24,688 nt of DNA, from positions 1-24,688 of the IMG/VR virus record IMGVR_UViG_3300035135_002966, one strand, 5' to 3'. Shown piece after piece: positions 1-7,634 of this stretch. The position numbers and the translations under genes were made by a program. Positions within the stretch are counted from its first letter, which is position 1. Every line of letters begins with the position of its first letter. The stretch is from a virus. Its lineage: Duplodnaviria > Caudoviricetes. The notes under the pieces are model-generated. The model did not search any database. It was not told where the DNA came from and worked only from the letters and a program-made list of their open reading frames with translations.

Positions 1-1
1 G

Positions 2-862
2 AGAGATTTTTTGGACAGTCTTAAAAGTTTGATCTGGACATGCTTTTCTGAAATAGTGCAGAATAGATTGATCATCATTCCAAGAAAATTTACTTATTTT
101 ATTTACACCTAAACGATATAACTTTTCCACCATTTGATATTTAGAATCAGTCAGTTTTGCTACGTAATAACCAAATACCTGCGGAATACAAATACCACTC
201 TTGTCTTTCCACCACTCGTCAACAGAGCATCCTTTAGCGACTTGGCCCACAAAGGCAGGCAACTCAGACCTGGGTATGCCGAGCCTTTTGCAGTGTTCCG
301 AGAGAGTCATAAACACAGCCGCATTGTATTTGCCGTCCGCAAGCATCCAGTTATCAGGCTTGTTCTTGTTCCAGGCTTCGCAAAGGTCTTTCCAAGAATC
401 TTTAGGATCAATCCCGGTTGGCTTCTGATTTGGCTTTTCCTCTACAGCATTACGGATCGTAAAGTCATCGGGCTGTGGCGCTTTCTTGACTGGCTCAAGA
501 ATATCAGGTGGTTCCTCTTTGACCTTCTCAAGCGGCTCAGGAGCGACAGGAGTCTCCTTCTCGACCTTCTGAATTTCATCATATGCCCAAGGAAATAAAA
601 GTCTATGTCCATCTTCAGATTCTTCTAGGTAACCCTTGGCCTTCAACCCTCTAATTGAGCGCAGCAGGGAGGTGTATGGGACAGAAAAGATACTGGCTAT
701 TTCCACAAAACCTCTGCGGAAAAGCTTGTAGTCGCGACCGAAGCAAATCGATTCAAGCTGACACCAAGTCAATCTTTCCTGAGGGGTCAGTTCATTCGCA
801 AAGAGAATCTCGTTTGGGATTTTTGAGAACTGACATGTTGCGTTCCATGGTTCCAGCTTCAT
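2..862 (-). CDS. Putative phage replication initiator (N-terminal winged HTH, lambda-O/replisome-organiser-like); 3' end truncated by window edge
   Basis: Hand translation from ATG at 862 is open to the window edge (>=287 aa): MKLEPWNATCQFSKIPNEILFANELTPQERLTWCQL...EIASIFSVPYTSLLRSIRGLKAKGYLEE, then a Pro/Glu-rich linker and a C-terminal domain. The F-x-x-IPN..L..ER..HTH..L..KGYL pattern is typical of phage initiators, and the gene abuts the iterons. Missing from the ORF track because it has no stop in the window. Confidence 0.75.
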   Translation of the reverse strand, partial: MKLEPWNATCQFSKIPNEILFANELTPQERLTWCQLESICFGRDYKLFRRGFVEIASIFSVPYTSLLRSIRGLKAKGYLEESEDGHRLLFPWAYDEIQKVEKETPVAPEPLEKVKEEPPDILEPVKKAPQPDDFTIRNAVEEKPNQKPTGIDPKDSWKDLCEAWNKNKPDNWMLADGKYNAAVFMTLSEHCKRLGIPRSELPAFVGQVAKGCSVDEWWKDKSGICIPQVFGYYVAKLTDSKYQMVEKLYRLGVNKISKFSWNDDQSILHYFRKACPDQTFKTVQKIS

Positions 863-942
863 CTTGATCCAAAAAGGACTTGCGGGCGACCCAGAAAGCT
901 TAGAGACCAATCCTGGAAACGCATCCATCAATTTCAGGAAAC

Positions 943-958
943 GGTATCGGTTGCTACC
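943..958. promoter_or_regulatory. NtcA-type operator (GTA-N8-TAC) within an 8-bp inverted repeat
   Basis: GGTATCGGTTGCTACC: GTA 944-946, N8, TAC 955-957, inside AAACGGTA...TACCGTTT (939-962). Its reverse complement matches 22615-22630 at 14/16. Confidence 0.55.
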
Positions 959-964
959 GTTTTA

Positions 965-993
965 TTTCCATATATGGTGACCACATATGGAAA
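965..993. repeat. 29-bp near-perfect palindrome adjacent to the iterons
   Basis: TTTCCATATATGGT-G-ACCACATATGGAAA, 13 of 14 pairs complementary. Confidence 0.85.
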
Positions 994-994
994 C

Positions 995-1100
995 CCACTA
1001 GTCAAAAGTGAAAGTGCCAGTAGTCAAAAGTGAAAGTGCCAGTAGTCAAAAATGAAAGTCCACTAGTCAAAAGTGAAAGTGCCAGTAGTCAAAAGTGAAA
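995..1100 (+). repeat. Five tandem ~22-bp iterons; putative replication origin
   Basis: Units CCASTAGTCAAAARTGAAAGTG at 995, 1017, 1039 (21 bp), 1060 and 1082 (19 bp, partial). No spacers, period about two helical turns, followed by an AT-rich tract (~1107-1160) and next to the initiator gene. Confidence 0.8.
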
Positions 1101-1232
1101 CCGACTCTATATATACAAGACTTTTACTTAAGACCATAAAAGAAAAGACTCTTAAGGAATACGTCGGAGCAAGACGGTCAAAATCGGTTCAAAAGGGGGA
1201 AGGAAAACTAAAGCCATCGAAAACGGAAGAGA

Positions 1233-1607
1233 ATGGAAAGAAGGCCACCAGGATGGAAGGGCGACGCTAAGGTTCGGCTCGCATACGAAGAAGGCGGTCG
1301 TGGCATCGGCAAAGCCCTGCTCTGGGATCCCACAAGAGAGCCAGCTATCTGGGCTCTCATCGACGGCACAGACATTTGGCCACGCTGGTATCTTTCAGCG
1401 TTCAGGAGTTTTTACATCGCGGAAAATCGCCTGGAGTACCGACGCTGGGTAGACGGCAGGCATCGTCAGAGGCAAAAAGTGTCCAATAGGACACAAAAAA
1501 AAGACCTGACAAAAAAAGCTGCCGAGGCCCTTATACTCAAACAAGAAGATCCAAAAATTCACACCGATGGCAAAGAAGCCGAACCTCAAGGGACTGATCA
1601 AAGCTGA
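1233..1607 (+). CDS. Hypothetical protein (124 aa)
   Basis: ORF filling the gap between the origin and the SSAP gene; no recognised motif; the 3' part overlaps the next gene's upstream region. Confidence 0.45.
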   Translation: MERRPPGWKGDAKVRLAYEEGGRGIGKALLWDPTREPAIWALIDGTDIWPRWYLSAFRSFYIAENRLEYRRWVDGRHRQRQKVSNRTQKKDLTKKAAEALILKQEDPKIHTDGKEAEPQGTDQS

Positions 1608-2241
1608 TCAGGTAAAGACAATTGGCAGTGGCAACTATGCTCAGGACTATGTTCCATGGTCAGTCATCCAGGCATTGGTGAACGAGCACTGCACTGGTTG
1701 GAAGCTGGTCATTGTGCGCGATCCAGAAGGCAGCATGATCTGGCGCGTCGGCAATACAGGCTTTGTTTGCGTTCGCTACGAACACGAAGATGGCACAGTG
1801 GATACTGAGTGGACTCAGTCCGTTATGGACAATCGCCACAAGTCCATTCCTTGGGACAAGATCGATTCGCGTGCATTCACTGACACGCATCGACGCGCAT
1901 TGGTTGCATGTTCAGCAGCAACCTTTAATCTAGGCATTGAGCTTTGGACCCGCGAAACACTGGACGACGGCTACCTTGACGGCTCTGAATCGGCTGCGAC
2001 TCAATCTCAGCCCGTGTCTCAATCCAAGCCTCCGATGAAAGAGGCTGGACCAAGCGAGACTACCTTTCGGGAATTCTGTCTCGAATTTGGATTGCAAACA
2101 ACTGCAATCGATGAGCTTGTCAAAGTCGTCAACTCCAAGATGTCAGGAAACTGGCAAAACGGAATTGCTCAGGTCAAAAAACAAGGCAAAGACGTACTCA
2201 ACAACAAGTACGCCAAGCCAGCCAAAGCAGCCTCTTGGTGA
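1567..2241 (+). CDS. Sak-like single-strand annealing protein (DUF1071/Rad52 superfamily)
   Basis: DYVPWS...SVMDNRHKSI...FTDTHRRALVACSAATFNLGIELW follows the DUF1071 pattern (Y-x-x-W...VMD-x-RN...G-LGL); near ssb and a RecE-like exonuclease. Confidence 0.75.
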   Translation: MAKKPNLKGLIKADQVKTIGSGNYAQDYVPWSVIQALVNEHCTGWKLVIVRDPEGSMIWRVGNTGFVCVRYEHEDGTVDTEWTQSVMDNRHKSIPWDKIDSRAFTDTHRRALVACSAATFNLGIELWTRETLDDGYLDGSESAATQSQPVSQSKPPMKEAGPSETTFREFCLEFGLQTTAIDELVKVVNSKMSGNWQNGIAQVKKQGKDVLNNKYAKPAKAASW

Positions 2242-2295
2242 GCTTTTTGATGCTGCTGATCTTTTAGCGTTTTGCTTCCAAGGTTCAGTTATTCA

Positions 2296-2319
2296 GGCAG
2301 ATTCTCAATAGGGTCTGCC
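2296..2319 (+). terminator. Intergenic hairpin (weak terminator or processing element)
   Basis: GGCAGATTCT-CAAT-AGGGTCTGCC, 10-bp stem with G-U pairs, poor U-tract. Confidence 0.35.
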
Positions 2320-2342
2320 TTCATTCACCTTTCAAGGACACG

Positions 2343-3182
2343 ATGGCAACCGACCAAATTGGTATGTGGCTTGAAAATGCCGCAAAACTCAGGACAAAAT
2401 ATGGCGACAAATGCCCTGAGTATTTTAAGGAGCTTGAGTCTGGATGCAGTGATGCCAGAAGAAAGTATTTGGTTGATTGCATTTGTAAAGCCAATCTTTC
2501 TTTGGTGGCCAAAGTTGTCAAGGACCACGTAGCAAAAAAACAGTTCCTATCAAGTGCTGCTTGGACTCCTGATAAGACCCTTGAGCTGTACCAGGAAGGT
2601 TACTTTGGACTTAAGAGAGCAGCCGAAGGTTTTGAATTCTCAAGAGGACATGCGTTCTCCACTTATGCCGTTTGGTGGATTAGGCAATCGATTGTTAAGT
2701 ACGACAAGAGAAATCAAACCTTAATTCATGTCGCTGATAATTCTTTGTCTGAAGTCTTCTATAGGGTGAAGCACGGAAAACCAAGCACTAATAAGCACGC
2801 TCCCAGTAGTGAGTATCTTGTTACCTTAGCCGCTTACTCCTTAAACGTTGACAGCCTCGACAAACGTCTCCCAATAGGTATTAATCGCGGAGAAGGTCAA
2901 ACCGTATTGGATACAATCGTTGACGAAGGCGAGGATCCTGTCTCTACAAGTGCCAAAAACTTTCTTGACCATAAAATGAATGAAGCAGAATTGACAGAAA
3001 TAGAGAAAGAGTTGGTTTTGCTTTATGCGTATAAAGGCCGAAAGATGATTACGCTGTCTTATTACGAGAAAGCACATCCCGGTTGCTACTTACTCGGGAG
3101 AAAAGCCTTGGATTCTGGATTGGCCAAATTAAAGACACTTGCCATGAATGAAAAGACACTTGCCATGCAGGAATGTGCATAA
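2343..3182 (+). CDS. Phage sigma70-family factor 1 (RpoD/RpoS-like region 2)
   Basis: ANLSLVAKVV...LYQEGYFGLKRAAEGFEFSRGHAFSTYAVWWIRQSI is a clear region 2; region 4 is degenerate. Confidence 0.92.
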   Translation: MATDQIGMWLENAAKLRTKYGDKCPEYFKELESGCSDARRKYLVDCICKANLSLVAKVVKDHVAKKQFLSSAAWTPDKTLELYQEGYFGLKRAAEGFEFSRGHAFSTYAVWWIRQSIVKYDKRNQTLIHVADNSLSEVFYRVKHGKPSTNKHAPSSEYLVTLAAYSLNVDSLDKRLPIGINRGEGQTVLDTIVDEGEDPVSTSAKNFLDHKMNEAELTEIEKELVLLYAYKGRKMITLSYYEKAHPGCYLLGRKALDSGLAKLKTLAMNEKTLAMQECA

Positions 3183-3226
3183 AGCTGGCTATACTAAAAG
3201 GTCACCTTATTTAAGGACAAGCTCCA

Positions 3227-3577
3227 ATGGCTACTATTGCAATCGCTGGCAAAATCACCTGTAAAGAAGGCGATCCAGCGGTCACAATTCGCGAATTCGG
3301 TAACGGCGGAAAGATCGCCAAATTCAGCGTTGTAGACAAGCAGTATTTCTACGTCAAGGAAGGAGATGACCGCAAAGGTCAGTTCTATTCTGTAGAAGTT
3401 TCTGGCAAGCAAGCTGACATTGTGGTTGATCGGCTAAATCGTGGTGATCGAATCAGTGTTACTGGTCAACTCGTTCAGCGGGACTACAATGACCGTACTT
3501 ACCTTGATGTAAAACAAGGCCAAGTAACCTTCTTGGAAGATCGCAAAGAAGGCATGGAAATGACCCCTGCCTTTTAA
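3227..3577 (+). CDS. ssb: Single-stranded DNA-binding protein
   Basis: OB-fold pattern IAIAGKI...IAKFSVV...FYSVEVSGKQAD...LNRGDRISVTGQL, C-terminal PAF; upstream -10 TATACT at 3190. Confidence 0.9.
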   Translation: MATIAIAGKITCKEGDPAVTIREFGNGGKIAKFSVVDKQYFYVKEGDDRKGQFYSVEVSGKQADIVVDRLNRGDRISVTGQLVQRDYNDRTYLDVKQGQVTFLEDRKEGMEMTPAF

Positions 3578-3596
3578 TAGACCAAAGGGAAACCTT

Positions 3597-3620
3597 AAGG
3601 AGGGCTTGTCCCTCCTTTTG
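3597..3620 (+). terminator. Intrinsic terminator after ssb
   Basis: AAGGAGGG-CTTGT-CCCTCCTT followed by TT. Confidence 0.7.
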
Positions 3621-3630
3621 CGTCTTTGAT

Positions 3631-4080
3631 ATGAATCTTTCTGAGTCTGAAATGTGCCCCAGTTGTCTTGGCCACATGTTTGAGGAAATCCCAAGACTTA
3701 ACACCGCAATGGTTCGCCCCTTCGTCTGGGCAAACCTTCTTTATAGAGGTGCTACCAGACCAGATGAAGTTGTTGCAGCACTTGCTCATGTCTGCAGTTG
3801 GGAGGACTTGAAAGTTGCAAATTGGGAAGATGCAGATCCCGATGAACAAAGGACTTGGGCTGAGGCTTGTGTAGAAGAAGTGCTAGGCGAAATGCTTTCC
3901 GAAGGTCTTTGCCGTTACAACGAAGAGCTTGACATCTGGGTTCTGACGGCAGGTATCAACAGAAAGAATGTACCTACAGTGATAGGAGCTGTCACCAGCT
4001 TGAACGGACAAATGCCAAAACACTTGCTTGTAGAGATGTCTCGCTATGACGGAAAAAAAGTACAGAGTTTACAATCCTAA
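3631..4080 (+). CDS. Hypothetical protein (149 aa; start uncertain)
   Basis: Long ORF in the plus-strand gene block; no recognised motif. Confidence 0.75.
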   Translation: MNLSESEMCPSCLGHMFEEIPRLNTAMVRPFVWANLLYRGATRPDEVVAALAHVCSWEDLKVANWEDADPDEQRTWAEACVEEVLGEMLSEGLCRYNEELDIWVLTAGINRKNVPTVIGAVTSLNGQMPKHLLVEMSRYDGKKVQSLQS

Positions 4081-4192
4081 AACGACTCTAACCATCAGAG
4101 ACTTGACCTGGCATCAAGCCATCAAATACTGGAAAGAATGTAAAGACTGTTTGGTTTTAAGTAATGAGGGTCCTGAAAGACGGCACGATTAA
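4046..4192 (+). CDS. Small hypothetical protein (48 aa, MTEKKYRVYNPKTTLTIRDLTWHQAIKYWKECKDCLVLSNEGPERRHD)
   Basis: Hand-translated; bridges the gap between neighbouring ORFs and overlaps both; below the ORF-track cutoff. Confidence 0.45.
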   Translation: MTEKKYRVYNPKTTLTIRDLTWHQAIKYWKECKDCLVLSNEGPERRHD

Positions 4193-4418
4193 GTACAAAG
4201 GCTCTGCGATGAAAGCTGCTGAATGGATGCAGCAGCAGCCGTTGCCAATGCGCAGCTTCCGAAAAGGGACCATGGTAAAAGTGTTCATGGGGGCTGGGTG
4301 GGAAAAGGGAAAAGTTTCTGAATGGAACAGGGACTATGTATCTGTCTGGATGCTTCGCAGGCAAAAGGTCGTTATAGTGAGAGACAACAGGAATATCAAA
4401 GAGGAATCTGAAAAATGA
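4164..4418 (+). CDS. Hypothetical protein (84 aa), possible SH3/Tudor-like beta-barrel
   Basis: RKGTMVKVF...WEKGKVSEW...YVSVW beta-strand pattern; ATGA overlap with tmk. Confidence 0.65.
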   Translation: MRVLKDGTIKYKGSAMKAAEWMQQQPLPMRSFRKGTMVKVFMGAGWEKGKVSEWNRDYVSVWMLRRQKVVIVRDNRNIKEESEK

Positions 4419-5188
4419 CGACAGGGCGTGGAAAATTCATTGTGCTTGAAGGCATTGATGGATGTGGCAAAACTACCCAGGCCAATATTTTGGCTGAGGA
4501 GCTTCCTAAAAGTGGCTTGATGCCTCCGGGTGCGAAAGTAATCCAGACAAGTGAACCTGGAGGGACGCCTTTTGGGCAGGCGTTGCGGCAGCTCTTGCTG
4601 CACCCCCCTGAAGCGGCGGCTCCTTGTTCAGTGGCTGAATTGCTGTTGTACGCCGCCGATCGGGCCCAGCATGTGGAACGGGTGATTCGTCCGGCACTGG
4701 AGCGCGGCGATTGGGTGGTGAGTGATCGCTTTGCGGTATCCACCCTCGCCTACCAGGGGTATGGACGCGGACTGGATCGCACCTTGATCACACAGCTGGA
4801 ACAAATCGCCACTGGAGGATTAAAGCCTGATTTTACATTTTGGCTACAAATACCCGTACAGCTCAGCCTGGATCGTCGGGCCAACCAGGCTGATGACCGG
4901 ATCGAAGCTGCTGGTCAGGGCTTTCTGCAACGGGTTTGCGACGGCTACGATGAAATCGGTGCAGAGAGACGACTTGAGGAGAATTGGTGGGCTGTTGATG
5001 CAACTTGTTCCGAAATTTCAGTAGCAAGGGAGATTTGCGTAGGTCTGCGTCTTCTTTTGCGGGCAGCTCAGATTAAAATGAATAAAGCATATAACCAAAT
5101 ACTAGAGGACTCTGCAAGCTATTCATCACAAACAGGCGAAGAGTATTTGAAAGAATATGGGAATGGTTATGATGATCCCCTAAGGTAA
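4415..5188 (+). CDS. tmk: Thymidylate kinase, cyanobacterial type, with C-terminal extension
   Basis: P-loop EGIDGCGKTTQ, EPGGT, ELLLYAADRAQH, VVSDRF-x-x-ST-x-AYQGYGRGL, DRIE. Confidence 0.96.
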   Translation: MTTGRGKFIVLEGIDGCGKTTQANILAEELPKSGLMPPGAKVIQTSEPGGTPFGQALRQLLLHPPEAAAPCSVAELLLYAADRAQHVERVIRPALERGDWVVSDRFAVSTLAYQGYGRGLDRTLITQLEQIATGGLKPDFTFWLQIPVQLSLDRRANQADDRIEAAGQGFLQRVCDGYDEIGAERRLEENWWAVDATCSEISVAREICVGLRLLLRAAQIKMNKAYNQILEDSASYSSQTGEEYLKEYGNGYDDPLR

Positions 5189-5216
5189 AGTTTGGCACAC
5201 TTACCTTAATGGCTAA

Positions 5217-5582
5217 GTGTATGTGGAACTTATAAGTACCTTAGAGATTCGGATGCCTCTATTCTCCAAGGCAAGGCCAAGAGTGACAGTAAAAGGTACG
5301 TTTATGCCGAAAGAGTATAAGGCCAAGCAAAAGGAAATGTTGAGACAAGTCAAGGAACAATGGCCTTGGCCACCTCTTCAGGGACCAATAAGGGTTGAAA
5401 TCGACATCGCTGGAGAGGGTCGTGCTGATGGAGACAATATCATTGGCGCGTTGTTTGACAGCCTGAACAAAGTCGTCTGGGCCGACGATAGGGTTACGAT
5501 CATTCCAGAACTTGAAGTGAAGTGGAAAAAAGCATCTCGTGCAGATTCTCTATGGGTTGTAAGACTTTACGCACTAGACTAA
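5217..5582 (+). CDS. rusA: RusA-family Holliday junction resolvase (start may be GTG 5223)
   Basis: SKARPRV...GPIRVEIDI...ADGDNIIGALFDSLNKVVWADD matches the RusA D-x-DN...D-x-L...DD motif. Confidence 0.85.
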   Translation: MYVELISTLEIRMPLFSKARPRVTVKGTFMPKEYKAKQKEMLRQVKEQWPWPPLQGPIRVEIDIAGEGRADGDNIIGALFDSLNKVVWADDRVTIIPELEVKWKKASRADSLWVVRLYALD

Positions 5583-5602
5583 GATGAACGACATAAATGT
5601 AG

Positions 5603-6445
5603 ATGGCCGAAATCTGTTACAACCAGCCAGATTTTGATTATCGGCGTGAAGCTGGCCTGAATCAATCCTCTCTCAAGAAAATCCTTAATAGCCCTGCTCA
5701 TTATCAGGTTGCCTTAAAGCATAGGTTCCTGCCAACTCCTGCGATGGAAATTGGTACAGCGGTTCATAGTCTGGTGCTTGATGGAGAAGATGCCTTCAAC
5801 GCTAGCTATGTCAAGAAACCAGACAATATCAACCTTACGACAAAAGACGGCAAAGCTTGGAAGGCCGATCAAGGCAGGAAGAAAATTCTGACCACTGGCG
5901 GCAAAGACGATACCTGGAATGCGATCCATGGGATGGCTAAATCTTTGCAAAGGCTTGACTGGTACAGAAACACAGGAGATGAATACATTAAGCGGAATGA
6001 AGTCTCGATTTATTGGGATTGGCTTGGACAAAAGTGCAAGGCTAGGTTAGACAGCATCTTGGTTGATGAAGGTATTGTCCTAGATTTGAAGAGTACTGAC
6101 AGCATCGATCCTACCCTTTTCACAAAGAAAGTGGTATCTCTTGGGTATGACTTTCAGGCTGGTTACTATACAAAAGCAGCAGAAGAGGCTTACGGCAAGC
6201 CCTTTAGATTTATTTTCGTAGCCGTTGAGCGAAAACCTCCTTATGATGTGGACCTGTTTGAGGTTGACCAGGAAATGATGGAAGAGGGTCTGGTCAAGTG
6301 CGTCGCTGCTTTGCGCACTTACAGCACCTGTAAATCATTGGACATGTGGCCAAGCAAGGATCCAACTATTAAGATGCTTTCGTACCCGGCATGGCACAAA
6401 AAATACGGCACCCTAAACACCGAACCTGAGGAGGTTTGCTTCTGA
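5603..6445 (+). CDS. RecE/exonuclease VIII-like PD-(D/E)XK nuclease (DUF3799)
   Basis: LNQSSLKKILNSPAHY, AMEIGTAVHSLVL, EVSIYW...CKARLD...VLDLKST...YDFQAGYY...FIFVAVERKPPY. Confidence 0.9.
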   Translation: MAEICYNQPDFDYRREAGLNQSSLKKILNSPAHYQVALKHRFLPTPAMEIGTAVHSLVLDGEDAFNASYVKKPDNINLTTKDGKAWKADQGRKKILTTGGKDDTWNAIHGMAKSLQRLDWYRNTGDEYIKRNEVSIYWDWLGQKCKARLDSILVDEGIVLDLKSTDSIDPTLFTKKVVSLGYDFQAGYYTKAAEEAYGKPFRFIFVAVERKPPYDVDLFEVDQEMMEEGLVKCVAALRTYSTCKSLDMWPSKDPTIKMLSYPAWHKKYGTLNTEPEEVCF

Positions 6446-7197
6446 TGCGCCCTGTTACTCCAGAACAAATCCTTGCAGCAGACGAGCGCCTTGAAGTTGT
6501 TCCGCTGCAATATTATCCTGAGCCAGAAAAAATTGTCTATCAAGCAGCCAAGTGTGACTACAGTGAAATAGCTGTTCACCTCCGAAGTCTTGAGGGCGTT
6601 GATTTCGGTAGGTTTGTCGTCGATGAGTTGCTTGGCAATGACCGTGGTCATTGGGGACCGCTGGAGCATCCTCACGTAACTTTTAGTATTGCTGGGTTTG
6701 ACCACAGTGTTGCGATGCAAGCCAGGACTCATCGGGTAGGCGTAAGTTTTGACGTGCAGTCCCAAAGATATACCGGCAAGCGAGTTTGTAAAGTTGCCAA
6801 AGGTGAGTTAGAGGTTGAAGATGTGTTCTACTTCCGTATTCCTGGTCTCTACTTGGATAGACAGGGGAAGAAGTATGAATATGATGAAAAGCATTTGTCG
6901 ATGGATAAGGAGAAGTGCTATGACTCGACTTGTTGGTACAGGCACCAAGTTGACAACTTGGGCTATGCTGAGGAACACGCTCGTTTCATGCTCCCTCAAA
7001 ATATCCGCCAGAACTATGTATTCACTGCAAATCTAAGGAGCCTACTGCACTTCCTAGATTTGAGGAGCAAAAAGGATGCTCAGATTGAAATTCAAACACT
7101 CTGTACGGCGATGTTCCCTTTCCTTGAGGCTTGGTCTCCAAATGTCTGGGATTACTATTCCAAGAAGCGACTTTATAAAGCACGTTTAGCGCCATGA
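6445..7197 (+). CDS. thyX: FAD-dependent thymidylate synthase, cyanobacterial type
   Basis: GHWGPLEH, QARTHRVGVSFDVQSQRY, EHARFMLP, NLRSLLHFLDLR, AQIEIQ; TGATG overlap with the upstream gene. Confidence 0.96.
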   Translation: MRPVTPEQILAADERLEVVPLQYYPEPEKIVYQAAKCDYSEIAVHLRSLEGVDFGRFVVDELLGNDRGHWGPLEHPHVTFSIAGFDHSVAMQARTHRVGVSFDVQSQRYTGKRVCKVAKGELEVEDVFYFRIPGLYLDRQGKKYEYDEKHLSMDKEKCYDSTCWYRHQVDNLGYAEEHARFMLPQNIRQNYVFTANLRSLLHFLDLRSKKDAQIEIQTLCTAMFPFLEAWSPNVWDYYSKKRLYKARLAP

Positions 7198-7274
7198 GCG
7201 GATTGGTTCTACTGCTTTTGATCTTCATAATCGCTATACTGGGAGCAATCTTTTGGACTGAGGAAAATCGATGA
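7194..7274 (+). CDS. Small single-pass membrane peptide (26 aa, MSGLVLLLLIFIIAILGAIFWTEENR)
   Basis: ATGA overlaps with both thyX and the next ORF; one hydrophobic helix. Confidence 0.6.
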   Translation: MSGLVLLLLIFIIAILGAIFWTEENR

Positions 7275-7564
7275 TGTATTTTGAATACATCACAAAGCAT
7301 CTGTTTCATTCTTGGTTTCAAGATATGAAATACAACTTCAATATCTGGGCAGACCTAATGACTGGCAACTATGAGGAATATGCTCTCTCGGAGAAGGATG
7401 ATCCATACCAAGAGTGTTATGAATATTTTTGGGAATATCTCAATTCGGATGAGACACTCTCCAAAGAGTTTCTTGAAGAACTGCTTCGGCGAATCAATGA
7501 TGTTGATAATGAAACATACCCCTTTAATCCCTTTGATGATCAACTATGGGAGGACACTCCCTAA
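7271..7564 (+). CDS. Hypothetical acidic/aromatic protein (97 aa)
   Basis: Coupled ORF that ends just before a terminator. Confidence 0.75.
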   Translation: MMYFEYITKHLFHSWFQDMKYNFNIWADLMTGNYEEYALSEKDDPYQECYEYFWEYLNSDETLSKEFLEELLRRINDVDNETYPFNPFDDQLWEDTP

Positions 7565-7573
7565 ACCTTCCAC

Positions 7574-7601
7574 CACCCCTACGATAGAGGGGTGTTTTTT
7601 T
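7574..7601 (+). terminator. Intrinsic terminator ending the nucleotide/recombination operon
   Basis: CACCCCT-ACGATAG-AGGGGTG followed by a T7 run. Confidence 0.85.
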
Positions 7602-7606
7602 GTTTT

Positions 7607-7616
7607 GGCATACTAG
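7607..7616 (+). promoter_or_regulatory. Candidate phage-sigma promoter element GGCATACTAG upstream of the terminase genes
   Basis: Directly after the terminator and 28 nt before ATG 7635; related motifs at 18903, 22356, 22913 and 15131(-). Confidence 0.55.
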
Positions 7617-7634
7617 CACGCGAGATGCATTGCT

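Noticed and set aside
134-867. Plus-strand ORFs 134-598, 201-428 and 655-867
   Set aside because: Antisense shadows of the long minus-strand initiator ORF.
995-1100. CRISPR array
   Set aside because: Repeats are directly adjacent with no unique spacers, and no cas genes are present; iterons fit better.
1073-1270. 65-aa ORF starting inside the repeats
   Set aside because: Starts at a GTG within a non-triplet 22-bp repeat and crosses the AT-rich origin tract; probably non-coding.
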